Shown one piece after another: positions 24,679-32,686 of a DNA stretch of 32,686 nt (within the stretch, counting starts at the first letter, position 1; each line of letters starts with the position of its first letter). The notes under the pieces are model-generated. The model saw nothing but the letters and a program-made list of their open reading frames with translations, searched no databases and had not been told where the DNA came from. This DNA is from Bdellovibrionales bacterium (GTDB lineage: Bacteria; Pseudomonadota; Alphaproteobacteria; UBA9219), in the NCBI GenBank assembly GCA_050252315.1, contig JBFWLD010000002.1:1-32686 (forward strand), written 5' to 3'. Position numbers and translations under genes: made by a program.

Positions 24679-26109
24679 CTAGCGAACCAGAATCGTCATT
24701 AGGCTGCCTGCGCGGTTGAAGGTCAGGCGCCAACTTCTGGCTTTTTGAGACAGCGCATCCACCGCGTCTTCGACCGAGGCAATCTTCTCGCCATTCACCG
24801 AAACCAACACATCGCCTTTGCCAATGCCTAGACCTGCGACGGAAGACTCCGGACTAATGGAAACGATGAGTACGCCTTTGCTGTCTATCGGCAGACCATA
24901 CTCAACGGCAACCGCCGGTGAAATGTTGACAATGTTGGCTCCGGCAAGTGGGCTACGCCCTTTGATCGCGGTTTCCTGACGCGCAGGGTCCTCCGGCGGG
25001 GCAACCAAAGGTAAGCGCACAATCTGCATTTTGCCTTTGCGAACCACTCCAAGATCGGCCTCGCCCCCAAGAGGGCTCGTTGCAATACGGTACGAAAACG
25101 CTGCCGGGTCTTCGACGGGCTTGCCGTTCACGCTGGTGATGACATCGCCGATTTTAAGCCCGGCCTTGGCCGCCGGTGATGATGGCATAAGCCCATTGAC
25201 CAAAAGCCCCATCGGTCGAACCAATCCCAACGATTTGGCCATATCCGCCGTTACAAGCTGGCCTGCGATCCCTGTCCACGGACGGGCCACATGCTGGGTT
25301 GCGCCATCCGCCTTCTCTTTCGACAAACCGGCCAAGGTCGCGGAAACCATGTTCGAGGGCACAGCAAAACCGATCCCCATGTTGCCGCCATCCTTCGTAT
25401 AGATCGCGGCATTGACGCCGATCAACCGGCCATCCATCGTGATGAGCGCGCCTCCGGAATTGCCCGGATTAATCGCGGCATCCGTTTGGATGTAGTAATT
25501 CAGATCATTGATGTCGAGGTTCGTCCGCGCCAACGCTGAGACAATGCCGCTGGTCACGGTTTGGCCGACGCCAAACGGATTGCCGATCGCGATCACAAGA
25601 TCGCCAACTTCGACATCATCGGAATCCTTAAGCGCGACATAGGGCAAGGCTTCGCCTTTCGGATCAATTTTCAAAACCGCCAAATCGGAATGGTCATCGG
25701 ATAAAAGAAGCTTTGCTGGGAACTCCCGGCGGTCTGCCAGAACAACCGTGATCTCATCCGCATCTGCAATCACATGGTTGCTGGTTACGATCAAGCCATC
25801 CGGTTTCACGATTACGCCCGATCCCAACGAGTTTTCCAAACGCTGGCGCGACAGGCCTTGCGGCATGCCGCCGAAGAAATGCTGAAAAAACGGGTCCATG
25901 ACAAAGGGGGACATCACGCGCTGGCGCACCAATTTTTGCGTGTAGATATTCACAACCGCCGGGGCTGTTTTTTTGACAATCGGCGCATAGCTGAGCTGGA
26001 CCTGTGCCGGAGATGTCGGGACTTCGCGTTGCGTTTCAGCCAACGATGGAAAGGATAAAAGCGCAAGCGCCGCAAAAACGACCACTCCCATCGGCATATT
26101 CTTCGTCAT
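24679..26109 (-). CDS. DegP/HtrA (Do-family) periplasmic serine endoprotease with two PDZ domains, 476 aa
   Basis: A signal peptide is present. The trypsin-fold triad context is present (TSNHVI, DLAVLKI, TDAAINPGNSGGAL). Two PDZ-like segments follow (GLKIGDVITSVNG and GIGKGDVLVSVNG). Confidence 0.9.
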   Translation of the reverse strand: MTKNMPMGVVVFAALALLSFPSLAETQREVPTSPAQVQLSYAPIVKKTAPAVVNIYTQKLVRQRVMSPFVMDPFFQHFFGGMPQGLSRQRLENSLGSGVIVKPDGLIVTSNHVIADADEITVVLADRREFPAKLLLSDDHSDLAVLKIDPKGEALPYVALKDSDDVEVGDLVIAIGNPFGVGQTVTSGIVSALARTNLDINDLNYYIQTDAAINPGNSGGALITMDGRLIGVNAAIYTKDGGNMGIGFAVPSNMVSATLAGLSKEKADGATQHVARPWTGIAGQLVTADMAKSLGLVRPMGLLVNGLMPSSPAAKAGLKIGDVITSVNGKPVEDPAAFSYRIATSPLGGEADLGVVRKGKMQIVRLPLVAPPEDPARQETAIKGRSPLAGANIVNISPAVAVEYGLPIDSKGVLIVSISPESSVAGLGIGKGDVLVSVNGEKIASVEDAVDALSQKARSWRLTFNRAGSLMTILVR

Positions 26110-26197
26110 TCGAGACCTCTGTTAAAAAGTTCGATGAAAAGCAAGTATGCCAATAATTTGGACCTGAATTGTGAAAATTCAAGGGCAAAAGATCAGA

Positions 26198-26935
26198 TTA
26201 GCCGCGGGTGCACCGATCGGCTTTTACAAGTGGAATAAGGACTTTATTCGGATCATTGGCAATTGGGCGCTCGGCCATATAATTGGAAACCGCGCGAACA
26301 GATTCAAACAAGCAGACAATACCTTCCGTAAGTTTCTCCCTTGAACCAGAGGTCGCTTGCCCGATCTCTTTCGTAAGCTTGCCCATCACAGGCGACCATG
26401 GCGCTCCCGCAGCCGGGATTGAACAAATGTCGAAAACGTGACTAGAACAAACGATGGGCAAATCAAACGGTCCATTGCGGTTAGCATCCCAACGTAATGT
26501 GGGGTAACTTTCTTTCTCCTGTTTTTTAAAAGCATCCCCCAACAAACTCCGAGCAAAAGCAACCACATTCAGTTCAACATAGTCATAAATAGAAGGAACA
26601 TGCCCCCCAACACTATCTCCAAACGGAAGGACTAATTTAGAATTCCGCACCTCGACAGAGGGCTTCAAACGCCCTTTCGGGTCAAAAGAATAGTTACAGG
26701 ATTGGATTGCAGAAACTTGAAAAAACGGCAAATCTGTTGGTTCAACAAAAATAGAAAAAAGGAGATCCTGCCTAAGAGAACCCCCTGTTTGACATTCGCA
26801 TAGTTCGCCGGACAATAGCTGGGCTGCATAAGGAAAACTTTGTCTACCCAAAGACATTGTCTCCATCTGAAAGCGCGAAAAACATTTTACATAATTATTG
26901 GAATTTGTGCGGAACTTATTCACTTTCAAAGTCAT
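26198..26935 (-). CDS. Orphan hypothetical protein, 245 aa, in lower-G+C DNA
   Basis: This is a long uninterrupted ORF with ATG and aaggatgtaggataATG upstream. I can recognise no domain. The Cys content is unusually high for its size, and no signal peptide or TM helix is obvious. Confidence 0.5.
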   Translation of the reverse strand: MTLKVNKFRTNSNNYVKCFSRFQMETMSLGRQSFPYAAQLLSGELCECQTGGSLRQDLLFSIFVEPTDLPFFQVSAIQSCNYSFDPKGRLKPSVEVRNSKLVLPFGDSVGGHVPSIYDYVELNVVAFARSLLGDAFKKQEKESYPTLRWDANRNGPFDLPIVCSSHVFDICSIPAAGAPWSPVMGKLTKEIGQATSGSREKLTEGIVCLFESVRAVSNYMAERPIANDPNKVLIPLVKADRCTRG

Positions 26936-27039
26936 TATCCTACATCCTTATATCGAATAAAAACATACCTTACTAAATCAGAAAATCATCCTCAACTCAA
27001 AGTTATGGTTAAAAAATCACTCCCCTTTGAAAAATAGAA

Positions 27040-27969
27040 TCAGGACATGCTGTCAGCTTCCTCAGCAGGTTTCTTTTCTAAATGCGAAAGGACCTGATAG
27101 GTCGCGAGGCCTCCGACGACGACCGCGACGCCAAGATACTGGGTGGGTTTCATATATTCCCCCAGAAACAGGACGGAAAAAATTGAAGTAAAGACCGGCT
27201 CGATCTTGATGAAGAGACTCCACTTGAAGGCTCCCAGCATGGCGATCCCATAGAACATAATCAAGATGCCGATACCCAGCGAAAGGGCGCTAAGCGACGT
27301 CCAGCCCCATCCGGCGAGGCTGTGCGGCGGGACGGGCATCTGCCAAAGCGCCACCGGCAAGACGCAAAAAGACGCAACGATAAAGCTTTCCGCACCGACG
27401 ACTGCTGGGTTGCGGTACTTCATTTGGCTGCCATAGACATACATTCGGTTCATCGCGGCAAAGGCTGCTACCAACGAAAGGCCTACGCCGATCCAATTGA
27501 CGGCAGGCGTTTGGCTCCACAAATCCAGCACATAGGTCAACCCGGCAAAAACAAGAAGCGTAGAGGCAAGGATATAGGGCTTGAACTGCATCTCGCCTTT
27601 CCAGACCATGAAGAACAGCAGCATAATTGTGGCCGTGTACAGAATGGTTAGGACTATGGGACCTTGCAGATAGACCAAGGCCGTCAAAATGCCTGTCGCC
27701 GAGACACCCTGCCAAAAACCGCCGATCAGCGATTGTTTAGTATTTTCACGCGACGTAAAAAGCGGTTTCCCCGTTGCCCAACAAAAGCCGGACAACATCA
27801 ACGCGCGGGCAATCGTTGTAAAAAAAAGGACAAAGGTCGCGTTCGCGCCATCGGCATAGGCCGCGCGCGACGCTGGCGGGTAAAAGCCGAAAATGGCGGA
27901 GGCGATAACCGCAAGAAAAATGCCGACCTTGTCGTTAGGCTTTACAAGGACATCCGGCGCGCGCGACAT
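27040..27969 (-). CDS. DMT-superfamily (EamA-like) transporter, 309 aa
   Basis: Ten hydrophobic helices are arranged as two five-helix halves. The FGFYPPASR and SVLFLGE segments are typical of EamA domains. The ATG lies 1 nt after the stop of the upstream lipoprotein gene. Confidence 0.8.
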   Translation of the reverse strand: MSRAPDVLVKPNDKVGIFLAVIASAIFGFYPPASRAAYADGANATFVLFFTTIARALMLSGFCWATGKPLFTSRENTKQSLIGGFWQGVSATGILTALVYLQGPIVLTILYTATIMLLFFMVWKGEMQFKPYILASTLLVFAGLTYVLDLWSQTPAVNWIGVGLSLVAAFAAMNRMYVYGSQMKYRNPAVVGAESFIVASFCVLPVALWQMPVPPHSLAGWGWTSLSALSLGIGILIMFYGIAMLGAFKWSLFIKIEPVFTSIFSVLFLGEYMKPTQYLGVAVVVGGLATYQVLSHLEKKPAEEADSMS

Positions 27970-27970
27970 T

Positions 27971-28276
27971 TTATCGTGACTTGCAGGAACGCAGGCAGGA
28001 TTTCAAATCGGCCTTGCAATCCGCAACGGCACCGAGCACGCCCGTCATTTGGCCATTGCGTCCGACGGGTTCTTGCGCCGCCGAGGTGGACATGCACCGG
28101 TCATAATCAGCGTTGCAGGCACTACGGCAGGCTTCCTGAGGATTATCAAGGAACATCACGGCGCCCGTTGAGTCCGTATAGGTATCGGCATGGTGGGCGG
28201 CGCCGGAACAAGCGGCAAGAGCCCCTATGATAAGGCATAAAGAAAGGGCCTTTCCGAAAGTTTGATTAAACTGCAT
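27971..28276 (-). CDS. Small cysteine-rich lipoprotein, 101 aa
   Basis: A signal peptide with lipobox LAAC is present (MQFNQTFGKALSLCLIIGALAAC). The SD is strong (gggagggcctttccATG). The mature part carries CRSACNADYDRC ... CKADLKSCLRSC. Confidence 0.7.
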   Translation of the reverse strand: MQFNQTFGKALSLCLIIGALAACSGAAHHADTYTDSTGAVMFLDNPQEACRSACNADYDRCMSTSAAQEPVGRNGQMTGVLGAVADCKADLKSCLRSCKSR

Positions 28277-28320
28277 GGAAAGGCCCTCCCGTTTATTTTT
28301 TAAGATGTCAAAGAGTAACC

Positions 28321-28752
28321 TTAAACAGCGGCCTCTGCAACGTCTTCTTGGACTTCGTTTTGAACCGGTCCGCTGTCTTGGCCCTTGGCCTCAACATCGC
28401 GATCAACGAACTCGATAAAAGCAACCGGAGCTGCGTCGCCGTAACGGAAACCGGCCTTCAACACGCGCGTGTAGCCGCCATTGCGATCCTTATACCGATC
28501 GGCCAAAATCGAAAACAGCTTGGCGACAACCGCATCATCACGCAGCATAGCGAAAGCTTGGCGACGGTTGGCCAGCCCACCCTTCTTGCCGAGCGTAATC
28601 AGACGTTCGACGATCGGGCGAAGATCCTTGGCCTTTGGCAAGGTGGTTTTGATTTGTTCGTGCTTAATCAACGCGGCGGCCATATTGGCGAACATCGCCT
28701 TACGATGGCTGCTGGTACGGTTAAGTTTACGACCTGACATTTTATGACGCAT
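28321..28752 (-). CDS. rplQ: 50S ribosomal protein L17, 143 aa
   Basis: The translation [46 protein letters not shown] is canonical L17. The SD is aaggaggaaatcgccATG. Confidence 0.95.
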   Translation of the reverse strand: MRHKMSGRKLNRTSSHRKAMFANMAAALIKHEQIKTTLPKAKDLRPIVERLITLGKKGGLANRRQAFAMLRDDAVVAKLFSILADRYKDRNGGYTRVLKAGFRYGDAAPVAFIEFVDRDVEAKGQDSGPVQNEVQEDVAEAAV

Positions 28753-28889
28753 GGCGATTTCCTCCTTATGATGCCTGGCCCCTGTGATACGTTCGTGCAG
28801 GAACCGATTGCGTTTGGGCCAGCCTGTTTGTCAGCACCGGCCCTTTTAAAAGAGTTCAGGGACCGTTTGGCCCCTGCCCTCCATTTTAG

Positions 28890-29906
28890 TTAGAACGGCT
28901 CTTCGAGCTTCTTGGCCAAATCTTCGATATTCTCAGGCGGCCAATTCGGGATCTGCAACCCAAGGCTCAGGCCCATCTGTTGCAGAACTTCCTTGATCTC
29001 GTTGAGGCTCTTGCGGCCAAAGTTCGGCGTGCGAAGCATTTCGCTTTCCGTCTTTTGAACCAAGTCACCGATATAGACGATGTTATCGTTCTTGAGGCAG
29101 TTCGCCGAACGGACCGACAATTCAAGCTCGTCAACCTTACGCAGCAAGTTGCGGTTAAACGGCAGCTCGCCAACGGCTTGCTCTTGCGGCGCGGCAGCGC
29201 GAGGCTCTTCGAAGTTGATGAAGAGCTGCAACTGGTCTTGCAAGATACGAGCGGCAACCGCCACCGAATCCTCCGGTGAGATCGAGCCGTCGGTTTCAAT
29301 GTTCAGCGTCAACTTGTCATAGTCCGTGACCTGACCGACGCGGCTGTTGTCAACCTTATACGCGACCTTGCGAACCGGGCTGAACAACGCATCGACCGGG
29401 ATCAAACCGATCGGCATATCTTCCTTGCGAAGCGCGGAAGCCGGGATGTAGCCCTTGCCAGTTTCAACCGTCATTTCCATATTCAGATGAGCGCCGCGAT
29501 CCAAATTGCAGACCACGAGATCCGGGTTCATGATTTCGACATCAGCGCCCGTTTCGATCTGCCCAGCGAGGACTTCGCCCGGCCCTTCCGCACGCAGGCG
29601 GATTTTGCGAGGACCTTCGACATGCATGCGAAGCGCCAGCGCTTTAATGTTCAGGATGATGTCCGTCACGTCCTCACGCACGCCGGGGACAGACGAGAAC
29701 TCATGCAAGACGCCTTCGATCTGGATCGAAGTAACAGCAGCACCTTGCAACGACGACAGCAACACGCGGCGAAGCGAGTTTCCCAAAGTCAGTGCAAAAC
29801 CGCGTTCCAGCGGTTCTACAACCAACGATGCGTTACGCTTCTGATCGTCTGACGGCAAGACCTGTTTGTTGGCTTGAATGAGCGCTTTCCAATTCTTTTG
29901 CAACAC
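28890..29906 (-). CDS. rpoA: DNA-directed RNA polymerase subunit alpha, 338 aa
   Basis: The N-terminus [11 protein letters not shown]...[27 protein letters not shown] is canonical. The C-terminal-domain segment [24 protein letters not shown] is canonical. Confidence 0.95.
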   Translation of the reverse strand: MLQKNWKALIQANKQVLPSDDQKRNASLVVEPLERGFALTLGNSLRRVLLSSLQGAAVTSIQIEGVLHEFSSVPGVREDVTDIILNIKALALRMHVEGPRKIRLRAEGPGEVLAGQIETGADVEIMNPDLVVCNLDRGAHLNMEMTVETGKGYIPASALRKEDMPIGLIPVDALFSPVRKVAYKVDNSRVGQVTDYDKLTLNIETDGSISPEDSVAVAARILQDQLQLFINFEEPRAAAPQEQAVGELPFNRNLLRKVDELELSVRSANCLKNDNIVYIGDLVQKTESEMLRTPNFGRKSLNEIKEVLQQMGLSLGLQIPNWPPENIEDLAKKLEEPF

Positions 29907-29964
29907 GGATCGACCTCATTGGTTCGAGAAAAATAAAAAATACCCCAAAACGACGTTCGTAAAA

Positions 29965-30372
29965 TTAAACGCGACGACGCTTGGGAGGACGCACCCCATT
30001 GTGAGGAATAGGTGTTACGTCACGAATGGTTGTCACCGTGAAGCCGATGGACTGAAGCGCACGAAGCGCCGATTCACGACCTGAACCGGGGCCCTTGACT
30101 TCGACCTCAACCGTGCGCATGCCATGCTCCATGGCTTTGCGGCCTGCATCTTCGGCGGCCATCTGCGCGGCATACGGCGTGGATTTACGCGACCCCTTGA
30201 ACCCCATCAAACCCGACGAAGACCACGAGATCGTGTTGCCCTGCGCATCCGCAATCGTCACGATGGTGTTGTTGAAACTTGCATTTACATGCGCGACTCC
30301 GCTCACAATATTTTTACGTTCGCGGCGGCGCATACGGGTACCGGCTTTACCCTTTTGATCTTTTGCTGCCAT
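29965..30372 (-). CDS. rpsK: 30S ribosomal protein S11, 135 aa
   Basis: [30 protein letters not shown]...[11 protein letters not shown]...[19 protein letters not shown] is canonical S11. Confidence 0.95.
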   Translation of the reverse strand: MAAKDQKGKAGTRMRRRERKNIVSGVAHVNASFNNTIVTIADAQGNTISWSSSGLMGFKGSRKSTPYAAQMAAEDAGRKAMEHGMRTVEVEVKGPGSGRESALRALQSIGFTVTTIRDVTPIPHNGVRPPKRRRV

Positions 30373-30465
30373 TGGTTTTATCCTTTTAACATCCGAACCC
30401 GAAACCGGGCTTTGTTTTCATCCATAACGAGGAAAGCGGAAAGTCCGTTTCCGCCTTCGTCAACC

Positions 30466-30846
30466 TTATTTACGGGTTGCGATCTTCTTGCCCGCAATCG
30501 CTTTGGCCGGGCCTTTGCGCGTGCGCGCATTGGTGTGCGTACGCTGGCCGCGCACGGGAAGGCCTTTACGATGACGCAAGCCGCGATAGCAGCCCAAATC
30601 CATCAATCGCTTGATGTTCATGGCAACTTCACGACGAAGGTCACCTTCAACCTTGTAATTCTGGTCAATGTCCTCACGGATACGAAGCAACTCGGCTTCG
30701 GTCAGTTGGTTGACGCGCTTGACGGGGTCAATCCCGATACGCGCACAAATCTCCAACGAGTTTGTGGGACCAATTCCATAGATGTAACGCAAAGAAATGT
30801 GCAGAGGCTTACCTGCCGGAATATTAACGCCTGCAATACGGGCCAC
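30466..30846 (-). CDS. rpsM: 30S ribosomal protein S13, 126 aa, GTG start
   Basis: (M)[25 protein letters not shown]...[27 protein letters not shown] is canonical S13. The GTG at 30846 is preceded by aggagagccac. Confidence 0.95.
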   Translation of the reverse strand: MARIAGVNIPAGKPLHISLRYIYGIGPTNSLEICARIGIDPVKRVNQLTEAELLRIREDIDQNYKVEGDLRREVAMNIKRLMDLGCYRGLRHRKGLPVRGQRTHTNARTRKGPAKAIAGKKIATRK

Positions 30847-31146
30847 GTGGCTCTCCTAAGTTTTTAAGCGACCGGTCCAAACGTATCCTACAACTTTCGC
30901 TAAAGATACTCCCAGTCTTTCAGACCGCCGATAAGTTCAACGACTCATTTGTTGGCGATCCACCTCATGTGGGACTTTCCCGCGATGCGCCTAGGCTCTA
31001 GGACCAAGCTTCACCCAATGCAAAAGCCATCCGGCGCCTTCTTTTCAAGTAAAGAGGCCAGACAGCACATCGTTGGATGGTATTATAAAAGCATGAACCA
31101 CCACAGCGTCACGGGCACGGCCTCCCCACAAGGGGCCGAGGAGCGC

Positions 31147-31174
31147 AGTATAGGCACCCCCCCGGCTAAGTCAA
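31147..31174 (-). promoter_or_regulatory. Near-consensus sigma-70-type promoter facing the rpsM operon
   Basis: On the minus strand: TTGACT (31174-31169), a 16-nt spacer, then TATACT (31152-31147). The predicted start near 31140 leaves a leader of about 290 nt before the rpsM GTG. Confidence 0.5.
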
Positions 31175-31254
31175 CCCCATGAAAGCACGTTTCTTTCACT
31201 TTTGTGATAATTTCATGGAGGGTGCTACAAGGCTAAGAAAAAACATATAACCCA

Positions 31255-32686
31255 TTACGATTTAATACTTTTTGGCAAAAAATCCTTCACTTTGTAAGGG
31301 ATTCTTATATCAAACACCGTCCCTTTATAAAGTTCGGAGGAAACACTGACCGTCCCGCCAAGCTTTTGGACCTCGGATTCAACAGCCTCCATCCCAATCC
31401 CACGCCCCGAAATGCTTGTTACGCTTTCGCTGGTGGTAAAATTGGTAATAAAAATACGCTGTATGACGCTTTGATCGTCTTCGAATCGCCAGTCGCCTTC
31501 CGGATCTAAGGCCGCCAGTTTGGCTCGAACACGCGAGGGATCAATACCGTTGCCATCATCGGCAATCCGAATCTGAAGCTCCTCGTCCGACGTAGCCGGA
31601 TCTTTTATCAACGAACACCCAATAATCACTTGTCCGGCAGCATCTTTGCCGCGGGCCATACGCGTCACAGGCGCTTCGATCCCATGATCCGCAATGTTGC
31701 GACAGATATGGGTCAAAGAAAAAATCAATTCCTGAATCGGTCGCGTTAGCACGCGTGGATTGTCTCCTTCAAACTTGATCGGCTTGACCTGTTTATCCAA
31801 CACGCCGACAAGTTCGCGAAGCTCGCGTTCGAACGAATGGAAACAATCGCGAATGGGAACTGCCGCGATTTTATCTAGATAGGATTTAATCACGCTTTCA
31901 TCGACCTGATGCTCCCGCATCTCTAGCGCGAAATCATAAATGTCATCTTCACCGATCTCACGCACATTGCCGCGCCACTCATATTCGGTGCCAATCAGAC
32001 TGCTGACTTCCTCCGTCACGCGGGCCAGCGCATCCCCTATCCGTTGCCGGACATGCCTCAGTTTCTTAACAAAAACCTCATCGCTATTCACGCTTTCGTC
32101 GCGCAGTTCGCTTTCAGCCTGATGCATCACTTCGCCGAAATCAACCAGATTGAACTGTTTGACCGTGGCTTTGAGCGTATGTATCTGACGTAAAATTTTC
32201 ACCGAATCCGCAAGACCGATTCCGTCCTTCTCCGACGAACTCAAAAAATCGCGTACATGCGCCATCGTTGATTGGAACTGGTTACGGTCTTTGAAAATAC
32301 GACAAATCATCTCTGCAAAATTTTGCTGCCGCTTGGCGGCCTGACGCGCGGCATATTCCTCTGTCTGGTCCGTCGCAATCAATACAACGCGCGCAATATG
32401 GCCATCCGGCCCATTGATCGGTTTATAGATCAGCGTGACGCGACGCTTCTGACTGTGGGGGAAAAACTGGGGGAAAAACCGGACGACATCTTCAAACCCA
32501 AGCGCATGACCGGGCTGGTAAAGCACATCAAGCCAATCCATAAAATCCGAACGATCCGCTTCGGGAATTTGTAAAACTTCCGTGATGAGCCGCCCCGAAG
32601 GCACGCACTCCAACAAATCCCGGCAGGCTTGTGAATAGACCTCACCGCAACGGCCATCGCGTCCGAAAAACAAAAAGCCTTGCCCT
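31255..32686 (-). CDS. CheA-type histidine kinase (PAS-like region, Hpt, CheA-class ATPase domain) lacking a CheW-like P5 domain; the 5' end lies outside the window
   Basis: An Hpt motif is present (LRQIHTLKATVKQF...MHQAESELR). CheA-class catalytic boxes are present: HICRNIADHGIEAP..R...GK (N box), IADDGNGID (G1), IFITNFTTSE (F) and SGRGIGMEAV (G2). The protein ends 13 residues after GTVFDIRIPYK. The reading frame stays open to the window edge (the TTG at 32673 is only the track's start). Confidence 0.75.
   Translation of the reverse strand, partial: GQGFLFFGRDGRCGEVYSQACRDLLECVPSGRLITEVLQIPEADRSDFMDWLDVLYQPGHALGFEDVVRFFPQFFPHSQKRRVTLIYKPINGPDGHIARVVLIATDQTEEYAARQAAKRQQNFAEMICRIFKDRNQFQSTMAHVRDFLSSSEKDGIGLADSVKILRQIHTLKATVKQFNLVDFGEVMHQAESELRDESVNSDEVFVKKLRHVRQRIGDALARVTEEVSSLIGTEYEWRGNVREIGEDDIYDFALEMREHQVDESVIKSYLDKIAAVPIRDCFHSFERELRELVGVLDKQVKPIKFEGDNPRVLTRPIQELIFSLTHICRNIADHGIEAPVTRMARGKDAAGQVIIGCSLIKDPATSDEELQIRIADDGNGIDPSRVRAKLAALDPEGDWRFEDDQSVIQRIFITNFTTSESVTSISGRGIGMEAVESEVQKLGGTVSVSSELYKGTVFDIRIPYKVKDFLPKSIKS

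Overview
This 32.7-kb chromosomal segment looks alphaproteobacterial. The indications are an LapA-like/DUF1049 gene followed by pyrF and trpF, an MbfA-type erythrin-VIT1 iron exporter, and an rpsM-rpsK-rpoA-rplQ operon without rpsD. All calls rest on reading the supplied ORF translations and the DNA by eye; no database search was run.

Most of the window is housekeeping:
- three tRNAs: Thr-CGT, Arg-CCG and a CAT-anticodon tRNA
- a GT4 glycosyltransferase coupled to an LpxH-family phosphoesterase
- pmbA, a short-Q-loop cytochrome bd oxidase (cydAB), and pyrF-trpF
- two paralogous MFS-like transporters, mbfA, and an Ldh_2-family oxidoreductase
- mnmA, a class-I aminotransferase, and rarA flanked by two chemoreceptors (one sCache type, one globin-coupled HemAT-like)
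- a DegP/HtrA protease, an EamA transporter, and the alpha ribosomal-protein operon

Three lower-G+C patches interrupt this core:
1. 3.65-5.40 kb: an islet of small unrecognisable ORFs bracketed by two direct copies of a roughly 40-nt palindrome-containing repeat. It holds a 53-aa single-TM peptide with a strong SD, an overlapping 93-aa ORF, a hairpin-dense non-coding stretch of about 220 nt, and a startless paralogous fragment of the 93-aa ORF.
2. 7.9-10.5 kb: an acyl-homoserine-lactone quorum-sensing locus arranged as luxI-type synthase, a 108-aa ribbon-helix-helix (RHH_4-like) ORF, and a convergent, overlapping luxR-type receptor. A divergent orphan gene lies next to the tRNA-Arg 3' end.
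3. 26.2-26.9 kb: a 245-aa orphan gene.

The strongest candidates for something undescribed are the RHH protein embedded in the quorum-sensing locus and the small-peptide/structured-RNA islet. Also notable:
- a CheA-type Hpt kinase that ends right after its ATPase domain, with no CheW-like P5 domain
- a lipoprotein with a mirror-symmetric six-cysteine motif
- a near-consensus promoter with a leader of about 290 nt where secY-adk would normally precede rpsM

No CRISPR array, rRNA, transposase or integrase was seen.
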